Below, in pieces: positions 1 to 12,420 of a DNA stretch of 64,000 bases. The first letter of the stretch is position 1; each line of letters begins with the position of its first letter. Both the position numbers and the translations under genes were made by a program. Source of the stretch: Massalongia carnosa (lineage: Eukaryota); assembly GCA_965645245.1 (NCBI GenBank), contig OZ287068.1, forward strand, positions 2,294,001 through 2,358,000, read 5' to 3'. The notes beneath the pieces are model-generated. The model did not search any database, was not told where the DNA came from, and worked only from the letters and a program-made list of their open reading frames with translations.

Positions 1-1509
1 CGGCGAGGATGAAAACGGTCAAGAATTTTGAAACCGAGGCAAGCAGATACCACAAGGGGGTTTATGGGCGAAAACGAGCGGAGCTTGAAAGCAAAATTGA
101 TGGTCGCCTGAAAGTCCTATTCCAAGGGCAATTATCTGCAGCTCACAAGTCTGGCGTTCATGCCTTCAGCGAAGCAGTCAGCGCCGCTGTGAAAGCTGGG
201 CAGAAGAAAGGTGCGAGCTATGATTTTGCCGAGATTGTCGATCGGGAAAAGAAGGCCGCTCTTTCGCGGTATGATAGAGAGGCGAAGGGGGTTCTTGTGG
301 AGGGGGCACCGTGGAGTATCTACAAGCAAGAGTTCTCACTTTACCAAAAGGATCTCAACGAGGTCAGTGGAAGGCTGCGGCGGGAAGAAATGCGACGGCT
401 GGCGACGCGCGTGGAGCGATGGGTGCGATCGCGGCTCGGTGAATCGGTAGGTTTGGAGTTTAACGCACTTGGTTCTGGTCGAGGGGGCTCGGGAGCACCC
501 GAAACAGGTGAAAGGCCAAACACAGAGAGCGAAATTTGGGATCGAATATGGGTCGTCTTCACCAAGACGGTGCAGGAAGCTGAACGGCGCTTCACCGATC
601 GCGCCAGGAGTTTCGACGCAAGTTCCGCCGAGGTAGACGTCGGACTGTGGAGGCTTCGACGAAAGTCTTGGGGTGTTCTCCGGGCCAAGATCGAGGAGGA
701 GATGATGGAAGGCAATTTGTTATTGAAACTTCGAGAGAATTTTGAGGACAAGTTTCGGTACGATGAAGGTGGTGTTCCACGGATCTGGCGGCCCACGGAT
801 GATATCGAAGGCATCTACACCAAAGCGCGCGAATCCACTCTAACGTTGATACCCTTACTATCTCGATTTCAATCATCACACACTTCATCTCCTCCGCCCC
901 TAGATGATTGGGTTGGCAACGCGCCACCATCGGTGACGCCTGCCGACGAAGAAGACCTTACGCCCATTGGCGGCGTCGATGAAGAGGAAGGCAAGAGTTT
1001 GGAAGAAGAAATGACACTTCTCAGCGAAGCCAAGAAGCAGGACATTACGGTACGGTTTAAGAAAACGGCCGATGGCGTCTATGTAGAAGCAAAGCGGAGC
1101 GCCATTGGCGGCATGACTCAAGTACCGTTGTATTTCTACGGTCTTCTTTTGGTGCTAGGATGGAATGAGATCGTCGCAGGTAAACGCTCCTCGCCTCCGT
1201 TCAGCTATCGCACATTACTAATGCAACCCAGTCCTTCGCAACCCTGTGTACTTTATCTTTCTCATCTTGCTCGGTGCCGGCGCCTACGTTACATACACGC
1301 TCAATCTTTGGGGACCGATGCTGCAAATGACCAACGCAGCCACGCAGCAAGCGGTGGAGGAGGGCAAGAAGCGACTTCGTGAGTTTCTGGAGGCGTCCGA
1401 TACGGGACGGCAGGCGATTGCGATGTCCGGGCAGGACGAGATTCGCATGCAGAAGCTCAACGGGTATGGGAAGGCGGAGCGAAGGGAGGACGACGACGAC
1501 GATATATGA
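1..1509 (+). CDS. SEY1: Sey1/RHD3 dynamin-like ER-fusion GTPase, 3' part (5' end outside window); intron 1180-1231
   Basis: ORF 9..1382 has [20 protein letters not shown] and [43 protein letters not shown] intron joins it in frame to [11 protein letters not shown] (TM hairpin); stop at 1509. Confidence 0.93.
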
Positions 1510-2022
1510 GATCTGGGGGGTTGTATGTAGAGGGGCTGTAGGGAGGTTGGTTGGATAGTTTGGGAAATCAGCACGAGCGAGTTCTATAAGCCTGGAGTTG
1601 GGGCGATTGGAAGGTACCTACTCTGTATACGCATTAAGAAGAATGATTTCCGGAGTCTTGTGGCTTCGGGTATGTAAGTATTTAGTTTCACCAATCAAAA
1701 ATAGTCACATCGCAGCGCCCAACGAGGACGGGGCCGACATACCTCGGCACATTGCAAAGAAACCAATGTAAAGATCATGCATTTGATCATGCGTTCCATC
1801 CATTCTCAAGGTACGCATCAGAATATGTTCACTCGCAGTGTGGTAGGAGCAAGGGTTTCATTAGCTTCAGCAATTTCCCCGTCTCCGACATCATGACACA
1901 GCCTTTCCTTAACATCTCTTCCCGCCTCAGAGCATCCCAAGCATATAAGGTAGTCAGCATACGGCTTCATGATGCCCTCTCATCAGATCAGACTTTCAAG
2001 GGCTCTCCGTGTGGCTTGGAAT

Positions 2023-3151
2023 ATGGCGAGCTTCATCACAAGCACCCAGCTGAGTAGGCTTCTGGACTATATCGGAGGCTTCAATATCTGGAAAGTACTG
2101 GCCATAGTCTTTGCCCTGTTAAATCTCAAAAGCCTGCCTCTCTTCTGGCACGTCTGTACCCCCTTCTCTCTCGCGAAATGAGCAACTCTCCAACTAAAAA
2201 TCGCCCATCCAGTTCCGTCTCCTCAATGGCTTCCTTCGCCACTTTATCCTCTTTCCCCCGCGCCTCACTCATAAAAACGGTCCCTCCGCGCTCTTTCAGC
2301 CGATGATGATCTCTTCCCGTACCAACATTCTCGAATGTGATTACAACTTACATAAATCTAACAGCACCTACTTCCTCGACTTCGACGTTGCCCGCATGCA
2401 TCTTCTCATCTGCCTCATCGGGCCCGGGATGAAGAATACAGGGAAAGAACTCGGAGCTGGAATTGATATTGTGCTCGGAGGCGTAAGCTGTAATTTCCGC
2501 CGCGAGATCAAACCCTACCAGGCATTCGAGGTGTGGAGCCGCATCCTGTGCTGGGATCGCAAGTGGCTGTACGCCATCAGCCATTTTGTCCCGAAGGGCT
2601 CTGTGAAGCCAAAGACGTATACGTTGCAGCCGTGGAGGAAAATGCAGGTGGATGAGAAGAAGAAAGGGAAGGAGGGGCAGGTGGCCGGGGAAAAGGCGAT
2701 TGCCAACGGCGAAGTTGCAGCTCTAGCGCCATATCCTATTATTTTCGCCTCCGCAATTTCCAAATACGTCTTCAAGCGCGGCCGACTCACCATCTCGCCG
2801 GAGAAAATTCTACGAAACTCCAATCTACTCCCGCCGAGGCCCAGGAGCGCGGATTCCCCCCCACCACCAACCACCTCCCCAGCCGTCGAAGCGAACTCCT
2901 TCGAAGCGAGCGCGGCGACCATGCTACCCACTCTTTCGCAATCCCAGATCGCCGAGGAGAAAATAATCGACGCCGCGCTAGGTACCAAGCCCGATAGCAA
3001 ACGCGATGAGGTCTGGGACTGGGACCGAATTGAAAGCGAGCGGCTTAGGGGGATGCGCGTTGCGGAGATGTATGCAGGGCTGGAGGCGCTGAACGATGAA
3101 TTTACGTATGAGGACCGGCCTGTGCTGGGGGAGTATCGGGATCTGTTCTAA
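2023..3151 (+). CDS. Hotdog-fold thioesterase-like protein (THEM6/YBR096W-like); intron 2152-2212
   Basis: Exon 1 ends FALLNLKSLPLFWH and splices in frame to ORF 2303..3151, which has ECDYNLHKSNSTYFLDFDVAR and FRREIKPYQ..WDRKWLY. Confidence 0.8.
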
Positions 3152-5527
3152 GCCGGTTTAGACGCGGAGGAAGGGGAGAACGGCAAGCAAAGAGACCCGA
3201 ATATTTCCGCTCTAGGTATCCGGGTAGCCGCCACCACACATCGAACACCCGTGCGACGGGGAAATAGCTATCTATCTCCCTTATACACTTGGACCAACAA
3301 GCTATAGACAGATAGACATAGACAGAAAATAGATTCATGTGTTTGTCTCACGCTAAACCCTCGCTCATCCGCTCCGGCTCCAGCTCCAAACGCTGGGGAT
3401 AGTCTATACATAGCATCACTCTATCTAGGTATGCATAGTCGCCGCAAACGGGGTTCCCCAACCCCGCCCCGCCTCCGCCCCGCCGCGATGCGTTCCCTCT
3501 TTCCTTTCTTCTCCCATCTATCTATCTACCTACCTATGTAGCAATCTCTCCATCGATCTTTTCCTTTTCCCCCATTCTCCTCTATTCCTCTAATTCTCCC
3601 CCCCCCCATTTCTTTGGTTCCCCACCATCTTTCCGCCCGCACATCCCAATATCCGAAAAAAAAAAGTATGATATCCAGAAAACACCATAGCACACTACAG
3701 CAAGCCGTGCACTTGTTCGGTTTATTTTTTTTTTTTTGGTGGTGAGGCGGGTGGAAGGAACGTTCCTGTCGTTTTTATTGTTCTTGTCGATATTAGAACC
3801 CCGGGGGGGTTATGCGCAGGGAACATGGTTGTCGTCGTCGCGGTTATGTATGTTATGAGTGGGGGTCACGTTCCACGTCAGGGAGGCTTTGCGCAAGGAA
3901 CAAGAAGGGGAACGAACGGGATAATAGATGTTGATGGATGGTATTATGAAGATGGTTGTGGACGCTGGAGTGTGGATAGAAAAGAGGGATATTCTGGAAT
4001 AGGAAACTGCCGGGGGGAAGACTGGGGGTGGATATGGTGGGAGTTGGGGGGTGGGATTAGGGTTGTAGTGGGTGTGGAGAGGGGTGAGGCTGGGCGAGCA
4101 GTTTATCAGGAACGGGGGAAAATAACGGAGGTTTTTGGGGATCAGGAGCGGTCTGTTGGTGGCTGAATAAAAGGTTTCCTTAATGCGCGTGACGAGAGCG
4201 AAACCAATACCCGGATCCCCAAACGATGGCGCAATCACGCGATTTACTTCATATCCACTACAGGCTGGCCATTCATTCTCTAGCGACCACATTTCCTTGA
4301 GAAACTTAGTACGAGGGAAATGATACTTTATGCAAAAGCAACTGTCGCGACGCTAGGGAGATGGACATTTTATCCTAGTTTGATTTCCCGTTATGGTTTT
4401 TGGGGGTGTAGAGGTTCTTCAGGAATGGTTTCCATGCCTGCCGTGCTCCTAAGAGATTCCTCATATATTGTCAACGAAGTAATCCTAAAGTGAAACGAAA
4501 CGGGACCAGGCTAGGAATGCGGGATAACGTCATTTCGATGAGCTAGAGGCAAGGCATTTCTTGGTTTAGATGGTTTTGGGGATGCTATCCTATTGCTAGA
4601 AAAATTGATAGATTCTTCCGAATCCGAGCCTACTAGGTGGTTGTGTTGTGAAAGAAAAACAAAGAAAAGAAGCATCAACATGCTGTAGGTTGCTTGCTAC
4701 CTCCAGGCCCTTGCATCTCAAATGGAGGAAAATCAAACATGTAATATGTTGTGGTGTTAAGGATCTTTGCGTCTTCAGACTTTGCTGCACGGGGGTGCAG
4801 CCCATGTGTCTGTAGACTTCCACATTTTCGTGCTCGGTCATCCATCAGCTAATCCAGAATCCAGCAAACCGAGCAATTCCCTTTCATCCTGCCTTGCCCA
4901 GCGATTGAGGTCTATGGAAACAAACCACCCGGCACGGAACGAAAGCGGGCTGTTAGCTGTTTCAAGCACATCATCTTTAAGGGGGCTTTCGTTCAAAAAA
5001 GTGCCATCTTTATGATGATGCCTAAAGAGCGTGAGAGCTAAGGAAGGACCGGGAAAGTAGTTGGATATTTGCAGAAAAGTTTTTTATCTAACGCAAAAAG
5101 AGAAGATGCAGAAATCACCATCCTTGGACGGACGGATCCACTTTTGGTACGATCTGTAGAAAATCCCGTCTTGAAGCATACATGTTTGTGCATGAAACAC
5201 GTTTATCGGGACCCGCTGCATACCTCTCGCGTAGCTAGAACGAGCTCCATGCTTGAAAGAGCCGCCCACTGTAAGATATATTTTATAAAGCACGGAAAAC
5301 TTGAATCCCGAGAAGACTACCACGAGAAACCTGGATTCAGTAACCGTGTCAAGACGGCCGAGGTGCGGAGTCCAGTTGTACTCCGTGCCGCTTCTGATTT
5401 TTCAAGAGGCGGTGCGAACGCATATATAAAACCTCCAAGTTAGGAACTCACAGAATTCTTACCTCGACGGCAATAATTATATTTGAATCCTCTAAGAACT
5501 GAAAGTGAGAAAAACTTTCTCCCCGAC

Positions 5528-6298
5528 ATGCGCGCCGAACTTTTCCTCCTGTTCGCAGGCTCCTTCATAGCACGCGCTCAGCTCTTCACACCAGACTCGT
5601 CGGAACAGGACCCAGCAGTTCCGGCGAATCAGGACTGGATACCTTCGAGCAACAATGATCCAGGTTTGTTGGCATTCAACACCCAAGGCACCGATGGACA
5701 AATGAATTCCGAAGCCAGTACAGCCCATAATACAGGTATAGACACTTTACTTGCCTTCAGCCCAGGGCCCGTAGAAGAGTCATCCGCAGAAGGTTATCCA
5801 AGCGTATTGAGCGCGGAAGCAAGTCCGGTTGAAGCAGACGCATTCACCAGCATGGCCAACCAAGACTGCTCTTCCGGTACCCATACATCAGGTGCGAAAA
5901 ATCGAAGGGGCAATGCTGTGTGCTCAACCCAGGCCAATCTCGACGAAGACATCGAAGAACTCGACCAATACGACGCAGAGACCACAATAAAGAATCAAGG
6001 GGCCTTTCAGAGGGACGGCAGTTGGATAAATAGCCGTCATGCTGTATCTGACAATCGCGCCCCATGCGATCGTCTTACGCAAAAGGTCCCCGCATGCTGT
6101 ATGGGGCCCACATATGAAAAGCAAGTTGATGAAGGGTCAGGTAGGCCAAGATTATTCGAGTTGTGGGTTTTGAACTGCGTGGCATATTTCGAGGGGCGGC
6201 CGAGATGTGCAAATGTTAAGGAGAGATGGTGCTGTCGTGGGTGGGCAGGTCGGACGGTTTGGGGTCTTTTAGGAGCGAACTGCATTCATATGCTTTGA
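5528..6298 (+). CDS. Secreted protein: long acidic N-terminal region plus C-terminal 8-Cys hydrophobin-pattern domain
   Basis: Signal-like start MRAELFLLFAGSFIARAQ; C-terminal C-X9-CC-X25-C-X9-C-X7-CC-X15-C; TATAAA near 5424. Confidence 0.75.
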   Translation: MRAELFLLFAGSFIARAQLFTPDSSEQDPAVPANQDWIPSSNNDPGLLAFNTQGTDGQMNSEASTAHNTGIDTLLAFSPGPVEESSAEGYPSVLSAEASPVEADAFTSMANQDCSSGTHTSGAKNRRGNAVCSTQANLDEDIEELDQYDAETTIKNQGAFQRDGSWINSRHAVSDNRAPCDRLTQKVPACCMGPTYEKQVDEGSGRPRLFELWVLNCVAYFEGRPRCANVKERWCCRGWAGRTVWGLLGANCIHML

Positions 6299-6415
6299 AC
6301 TGGTACAGAGCTGTAGTGGTTCGGCCTTTTGCCTGTAATATTGCTGCCGTATTTCTCCAGACTGGTTGGCAACTATTCAAGTTGAGCGTCAGTTTAATGA
6401 TCGAAGATCATCACA

Positions 6416-8570
6416 TGACCAGACTTCCCTAAGTTGGTTAGTGAAGTCGGAGCAACAAGACTAACTAGTTCCAGTACGTGCTATATTGCTTCCAATTGTT
6501 TCCCAAGCACGCGGGTGAAAAAAAAAGGGCAAGGTGAGCCGAAATTCCCCCACCAAAACATACCCTTTTCTTCCCTTTTTCTTCCCCATCTTCTTCCCCA
6601 TTCAACATTTCAATTCGTATGACCATTCAGCCCTAATTACCTCTTCCAATCGTTTGGGCATTGATCGAACTCTTTCATTGATGAATTCCTGCGTCACCCG
6701 TTCCCATCCATCCCTAGTCAGCTGCTTCAAGCTGACATCGTCCTAATGAGGATACTTTCGAACATGCTGCTTCGCTGGCTGCCAGCAACTTTCTATAGGG
6801 GAAAATCAGGTGATGAGGCACAATTGAAATAATGCTCTAAATGATGATCTTCCTTCCATTTCTTGACGGCATTTCTTGTCTTGCTCGTGCCATGACCAGA
6901 GTCTCCATCTTCTTCAAGTACGAAGTCATCCCCACGCTCCAGCCAGGGCTTGACGACGGGGTCAAGAACGGATTCAATATACACCTGATGAGTCATTTTA
7001 CCATTGCCGTTGCCCGGCACGTCATAAAAGATAACATCCGACTTGAAAATTGTAGCCAATTGCAGCCCAGCTATTTTTTTGTTTTCGATCTTTCTCAGGA
7101 GGCGGGTCACGATGCTGTATGCAATCCCAACGATATCGTGTTCTGGGCTGACGAATGATTCGTAACTGTCCTTCCGGCCCATATCCAAAATGAATCTCAT
7201 CACTAAATCGTACGCGATCCCATTGCTCCGGTTTGGGATATCTGGTCAGCATCATGTGAGCAAATTCGACCCGTCTTTCCATAGGTGGGTCGGCCAGCCA
7301 TCCCTTGACGCAGGCCAGACATTTCTCATAGTTTAGAGCAGCCGACATAACATTGTGCATTGTACGACCGACAACGTCGGCCCCAATCTCCATAGCCAAT
7401 TGTTCCCATGTGTATGGTTTTCCTTCCAACTGTAGCCCCTCATCTTGTAGAATGTGATCTGCCTCCTGTATTTGTGCTTCCGTGACTTTTGATTTGCGAC
7501 CGCGTGTCTCAACGAGCGTTGAATGATGTCTTCTTCTAGATGATGCTCCGTTTCGAATGATCTTATAGCCCTGTCTCTCGCTTCGAATGCCAAATTGCTG
7601 AAAAATCTCTCGAGGATCGATGGAAATGCCTTTTGCAAGAAGAAATTCATAAGCTCCCTGCACCTTGGCCTTTTGAGGGTATCGTAGTGGGATGGCATTT
7701 GAAATGTTGAATGAGGAAGAAGATGGTGAAGAAAAAGGGGAAGAAAAGGGGTAAGTTTTGGTGTGGGAGTTTCGGCTCACCTTGCCCTTTTTTTTTCACC
7801 CGCGTGCCAAGGTCCATTTGCGACCCCAGTATTTGAAATTCTTGTCGGTCCTCACGAAAAACTATTTTATGCGCACGCCGGGATCCTGTATGAATTCGAG
7901 AGCTTGCGAGCGTTGGTTAAAGGGGAGTGGACCGAAGAAGCAAATAGATTGGAAAACTTTAGATGTAGATTGTGTGGCGAAGCTTCTGCAATGGATGTAC
8001 ACAGGGGATTATGTTCCAGCACTAGTGAATCCTGGTACGGACGGGGGATCAGAGTCTACCGGTTGTCAGCAAAAGTATTTCTTTTTCTTCAGAAATTGAA
8101 CCAGCTAAACCATACAAGACGTATGAAATCACATTTCTTACGCACGCAAAAGTCTATATGATCGCGGATCATTTGGTTCTACCGGATCTCAAGCGAATGG
8201 CTCTAGAACGGCTTCAAGAAGGCTTATACAAAATAAAATCCCCTATAGCGCATTCGCGAGTGATATCCTTCTTGGTGAAATTGATCAAGTACGTGTACAC
8301 TAACACCTAACTCACGGCAAAGGAGAACCTTTACAGAAACTAGTATCGAAGTTTGCGGCCAAGAACGCCTCGACCTTGGAAAGCGAAGGCATCCGGCTTC
8401 TACTGGAGGATGGTGGGGATTTTGCGGTGGACTTGATGACGGAACTGAGGCAGCGAATCGTCGGCTACGAAAATTCGGATAAAGATCACACGGGGCCAGG
8501 TTTTTTTGGCATATCAAACGGATCACTTTTCGCTTCAGTGGCTCCATTTGGATCCTCAATTTCCAGTTGA
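6416..8570 (+). pseudogene. BTB/POZ-domain protein pseudogene interrupted by a Tc1-like element (5' boundary approximate)
   Basis: Downstream of the TE: PFATPVFEILVGPHEKLFYAHAGIL, VAKLLQWMYTGDY, THAKVYMIADHLVLPDLKRMALERL and LLEDGGDFAVDL, spread over several frames with stops. Confidence 0.7.
6508..7806 (-). mobile_element. Tc1/IS630-like DNA transposon, defective; ~110-bp imperfect TIRs starting CACGCGG; 5-bp TSD CCAAG
   Basis: TIR CACGCGGGTGAAAAAAAAAGGGCAAGGTGAGCCGAAA at both ends; CCAAG at 6503-6507 and 7807-7811. Transposase starts at 7698 with [16 protein letters not shown] and SPDF(S)PIE; frameshifts near 7677, 7045 and 6800, plus a TAG in place of Trp. Confidence 0.9.
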
Positions 8571-10286
8571 TTCATCAGCATCCACTGCCACACCAACGCT
8601 CCCTCCAACGGGTGTATCTTTGGATCGAACACTCCAAGCAGAGCAGTATTGTTCGGATTTTGATGGTTGGATTTATTTCGTAGAAGTCATGTTCTTAGGA
8701 CGTTATACAAGAAACCTCTTCGAAGCTAGTTTGCACATGGGATCAGAAGGAGATATTTGCGCTTCATCTCACAACGTCACATGTGAAGCGGATAACTAGC
8801 ACCAAATAAACGCCCATGTCTGCCTCAACAGGTTCATAAAGGTAGATTTTGTCAAATCGCAGCTCTATTAGAACCTAACGCGTAGCAGTAGCATAAGTAC
8901 CTTCTATCCAACCCGTTCAGCCGCAGAGATACACGCATAGATACCTATAGCTCCTTCTCAATCCATTTACTAAAGCCAACTAAACTAATCAACTAGCCAG
9001 CGAGCTAGCCAGCCCAACCACCCATCACCCAACAAACCCAGAAAGACAGTCTGTCAGTCAGTTCCATACTTGAAGAGATACGTTTAGTCAAGACGAGACG
9101 GACGGAACCGTTGTCGACTGACCGACCGACCGAACGAGCTATCTCCCAGAAGTTCTCCAAGCTCTCTCTTGGAAATTTCGTGAATGGGGGCTTAGGCGTA
9201 TATTGTATGTATGTATACGTACATGTATTGATACGAGAATAGATAACTTACGTAAAAAGGATTTGTCTAAACCGCATCCCCTTCCCCCCTCTCTCCCTCT
9301 TCTCTAGATACATGAATACATAAACGTGGACAGATTTTTATGGTTTGTTTGGATTGGATTCGAATCTGGTTAGTTAAATCTAAGTCTCGTTTCTCAAAAT
9401 AACGCGAATCTCCGAATCTAATCCCTTCTCCTCTTCTTTCTTTTCTTTTCTTTTCTCTCTTCCTGCGCTGTCAAACAGCACCTCAACAGCATCATAGTTT
9501 TCTTCTCATCACCCCCCTTTTCTAGAAAACCATGCCATACATCTCATCTCATCTCATCCAAAACCACACACACACCTATCTAGTACATGCAGACAGTAAG
9601 TACGTTCAAATCTTCCGCCAATCCGTCAAAACAAAACATCCTCTTAGAAACGGAAATGTAGAGTAGAGCAGTGATCTCCATATTCGCTTTGTTTTTTTCT
9701 ATCTCTAGAGAAGATAACTACGAGTAAGTAAGTATGATTCAAAAAAGAAACTCGATAGATTCATATCAAAGCGAAGCCCCTATTTACAAAGCCCTCTCTA
9801 CTCCCGGAACAGAAATTAGTATCTATCACTACTGCTGGTTCAGTCAGTCAGTTGTTCTTTTCTCTCGTTCTTCATCCATCCATCCACTCATTCCTCATAA
9901 TTAGTCGGTCTCCCATCCCCGGACTTTCTAGAATCTCTCCTCGAAACTCCTCCTACTCCTCCCTTCCTAGAAAAGAAACACTAAATAAAAATCTCTCCGA
10001 AAAACCAGAAAGCTCGAAAACATGAATAAGGTTAAGCATTGTTGTTGTTTTACTACTATTCAAGATTCAAATACACGTTTTTAAGCTTCCCGATCCCGCA
10101 ATGGTAGACGTGTCTTACGATTAATTTTTGCTCGGTTTCGGTCTGTCCTCGTCCATCTCGTCCGTTCGTTCGACCGACCAGTCGACTTGTCTATGTATGG
10201 AAAAATAAGAGTCTATCTCGGACGAAGAACGAGAAAGTAAGAAGGTCAAAAGACCGTGAAGTGAACTTTAAGGGTATTTTAGATAT

Positions 10287-12235
10287 TGCCCCACACTTTC
10301 GCTCGGTCGGCCTCGCTTAGTGCTAGCCAGCCATACAGCCAGGACCAGCCATACAACCAGGACCAGCCATACAACCAGGACCAGCCATACAACCAAAACC
10401 TTCAAATTTTTACCCACCACCTTTGAAAATTCATAATCCACCACCATCATGCCTGAATCTTATACTATAGTTGAGAATCGTATTTCAAAGGCAATTGACG
10501 CCTTGTATGTACTCGCGCAAGAACGCCAAACTAAGTGCAATTGCGCGAGAATTTAACGTGCCTAGAGAAAGACTTCGTTCTCGAGTCAAAGGAGTTCCAT
10601 CCAAAACGAAAGTACGAGGACTGCATAATCAACGTCTGAAACCCGATCAGGACCTGGCCCTACGTCTATATATTCTGAAACTGGACTCTTGTGGCATACC
10701 GGCCCGCTTGCACATGGTGAAAAGCGCTGCAAACTCCATCCTTCGACAAACTGCTCCCGATTCAGTGTCTCCTCCTCCTCTCGGCTTGCATTGGACCAAA
10801 AGATGGTTGAAACGTCATCCGGATCTTCACAAGGTTAAACGCAAGCCTCTAGCTGCTGATCACAAAAATGCGCATGATTTGGAGTTGTTTAAGGCACATT
10901 TCGAAAAATATCAAGAAGTGGTGAACAACTATGGCATAATCTCGGACGATCAGTGGAATTTTGATGAAACGGGTTATCGTATCGGCATGGCACGAAATGA
11001 TTGGATAATTACTGCTGATAATTCTCGAAGATCATACAGTGCTGATCCATCGAATCGAGAATCGCTGACTGCGGTGGAGTGTATCAATGGGGCCGGGCAG
11101 GATATTCCCCCTTTTCTAATTGTGACTGGCGTTAACATACTCGCTCCCTGGGTAAAAAATGACCTGAATGATGATGTTGTCATCTCTACGTCTGACTCGG
11201 GTTGTACCAATGATTGGTTGAGCTTGCAATGGATAAAACACTTTGATAAACACACTGAAAAAATCCGGAAAGGGGCTTGGAGACTTTTGATTATGGACGG
11301 TTTTAGGTCGCATAATACTCGTGAATTTATAGAGTATTGTGAAAGCAAAAACATTGTTCCATTCGGATTACCTTCTCATACCACACATCTGTTGCAGCCA
11401 TTAGATGTGTGTGTGCTTCAGCCTCTGAAACACTGGCACTCCGAGGCCGTCAATGAGGCAATTCAGAACGGAGACGAAACGTTCTCCAAAGTCGAATTTT
11501 TTGCTGCATTTAACTTGTTTCGATCGCGAGCGTTTAAATCATCAACAATTAAAGTCCGCCTGGAAACAAACGGGCTTGATTCCATACAATCCGGAAATTG
11601 TTCTCGATAAAGTTCGAGAACTTCTTCCTCGTCCTCGTGAATCAACTCCAACTCCAACTCCGTCTCATATAGCACCTCAATCAGTACAAAAAACTCCTCG
11701 AATCGTGCGACAGTTGGCCGAGGTAGCCACAGAAATCATGATGCATCCGGCTTGTTCTGGTGATCTTGTAAAAATGGTCAGCATATTTGTGAAAGGAGCT
11801 GTGGCCGAAGTACGAAAAGGCGATCTTCTCGAACAACGCTGGGAACAGCAAACCGCGGCCCAGACTGCTCGAAAAGCTCGTAAACGAGAGTCCAATAATA
11901 TTCTCCATCGCGGAGGTGTACTTATTGTTGGAGAGGCCCATTCAATGGTTCGAGACAGGGAGGAGGTAGAGGAGGAGAGAGAGAAAGAACGAGGGGTCGC
12001 ACGGGAAAAGCGCTATTGTACAGCTCTCACCAAGGTGGCTGGACAGTCAAAAGCGCATAGAAAGATGCTCATGAGGCGAATGAATAGTCACAAAAGATGG
12101 ATGGTGATCATGAAGGAATTGTTGGAAAAAACCCCGATGTATGTAGAATAGTTGATTTTTGGTTGTATGGCTGGTCCTGGTTGTATGGCTGGCTAGCACT
12201 AAGCGAGGCCGACCGAGCAAAAGTGTGGGGCACGG
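10287..12235 (+). mobile_element. Fot1/pogo DNA transposon; frameshifted transposase 10449-12151
   Basis: HTH/CENP-B-like N-terminus with WNFDETG, IMDGFRSH and LQPLDV. Inverted ends TGCCCCACACTTT.GCTCGGTCGGCCTCGCTTAGTGCTAGCCAGCCATAC; the outermost bases and TSD are degraded. Confidence 0.9.
10327..10395 (+). repeat. 18-bp subterminal tandem repeat CCAGCCATACAACCAGGA, ~4 copies (~2 inverted copies at the right end, ~12160-12192)
   Basis: Read directly from the sequence. Confidence 0.9.
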
Positions 12236-12420
12236 ATCATAATGTAACTATTTCTTATTACTTCGGTAAAATTCTCCTCTCTTGAGGTCATATTCAACGG
12301 AAAGGACAAGAGAAAAGAAAGATTCGATGAGAGTAGCCCTTTGACAAGCGCGTACATATATCGTAACCCATACATCATAATTAATACATCTCTTTTCCTC
12401 ATCTTTCCCCTTCAAATAGC

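Noticed and set aside
3810..4292. Overlapping 160-aa and 113-aa ORFs
   Set aside because: Low-complexity G-rich/C-rich sequence with no recognisable domain or splice support.
10327..10395. Short direct repeats (also 48736-48938) as a CRISPR array
   Set aside because: Head-to-tail repeats without unique spacers, inside eukaryotic TEs, with no cas genes.
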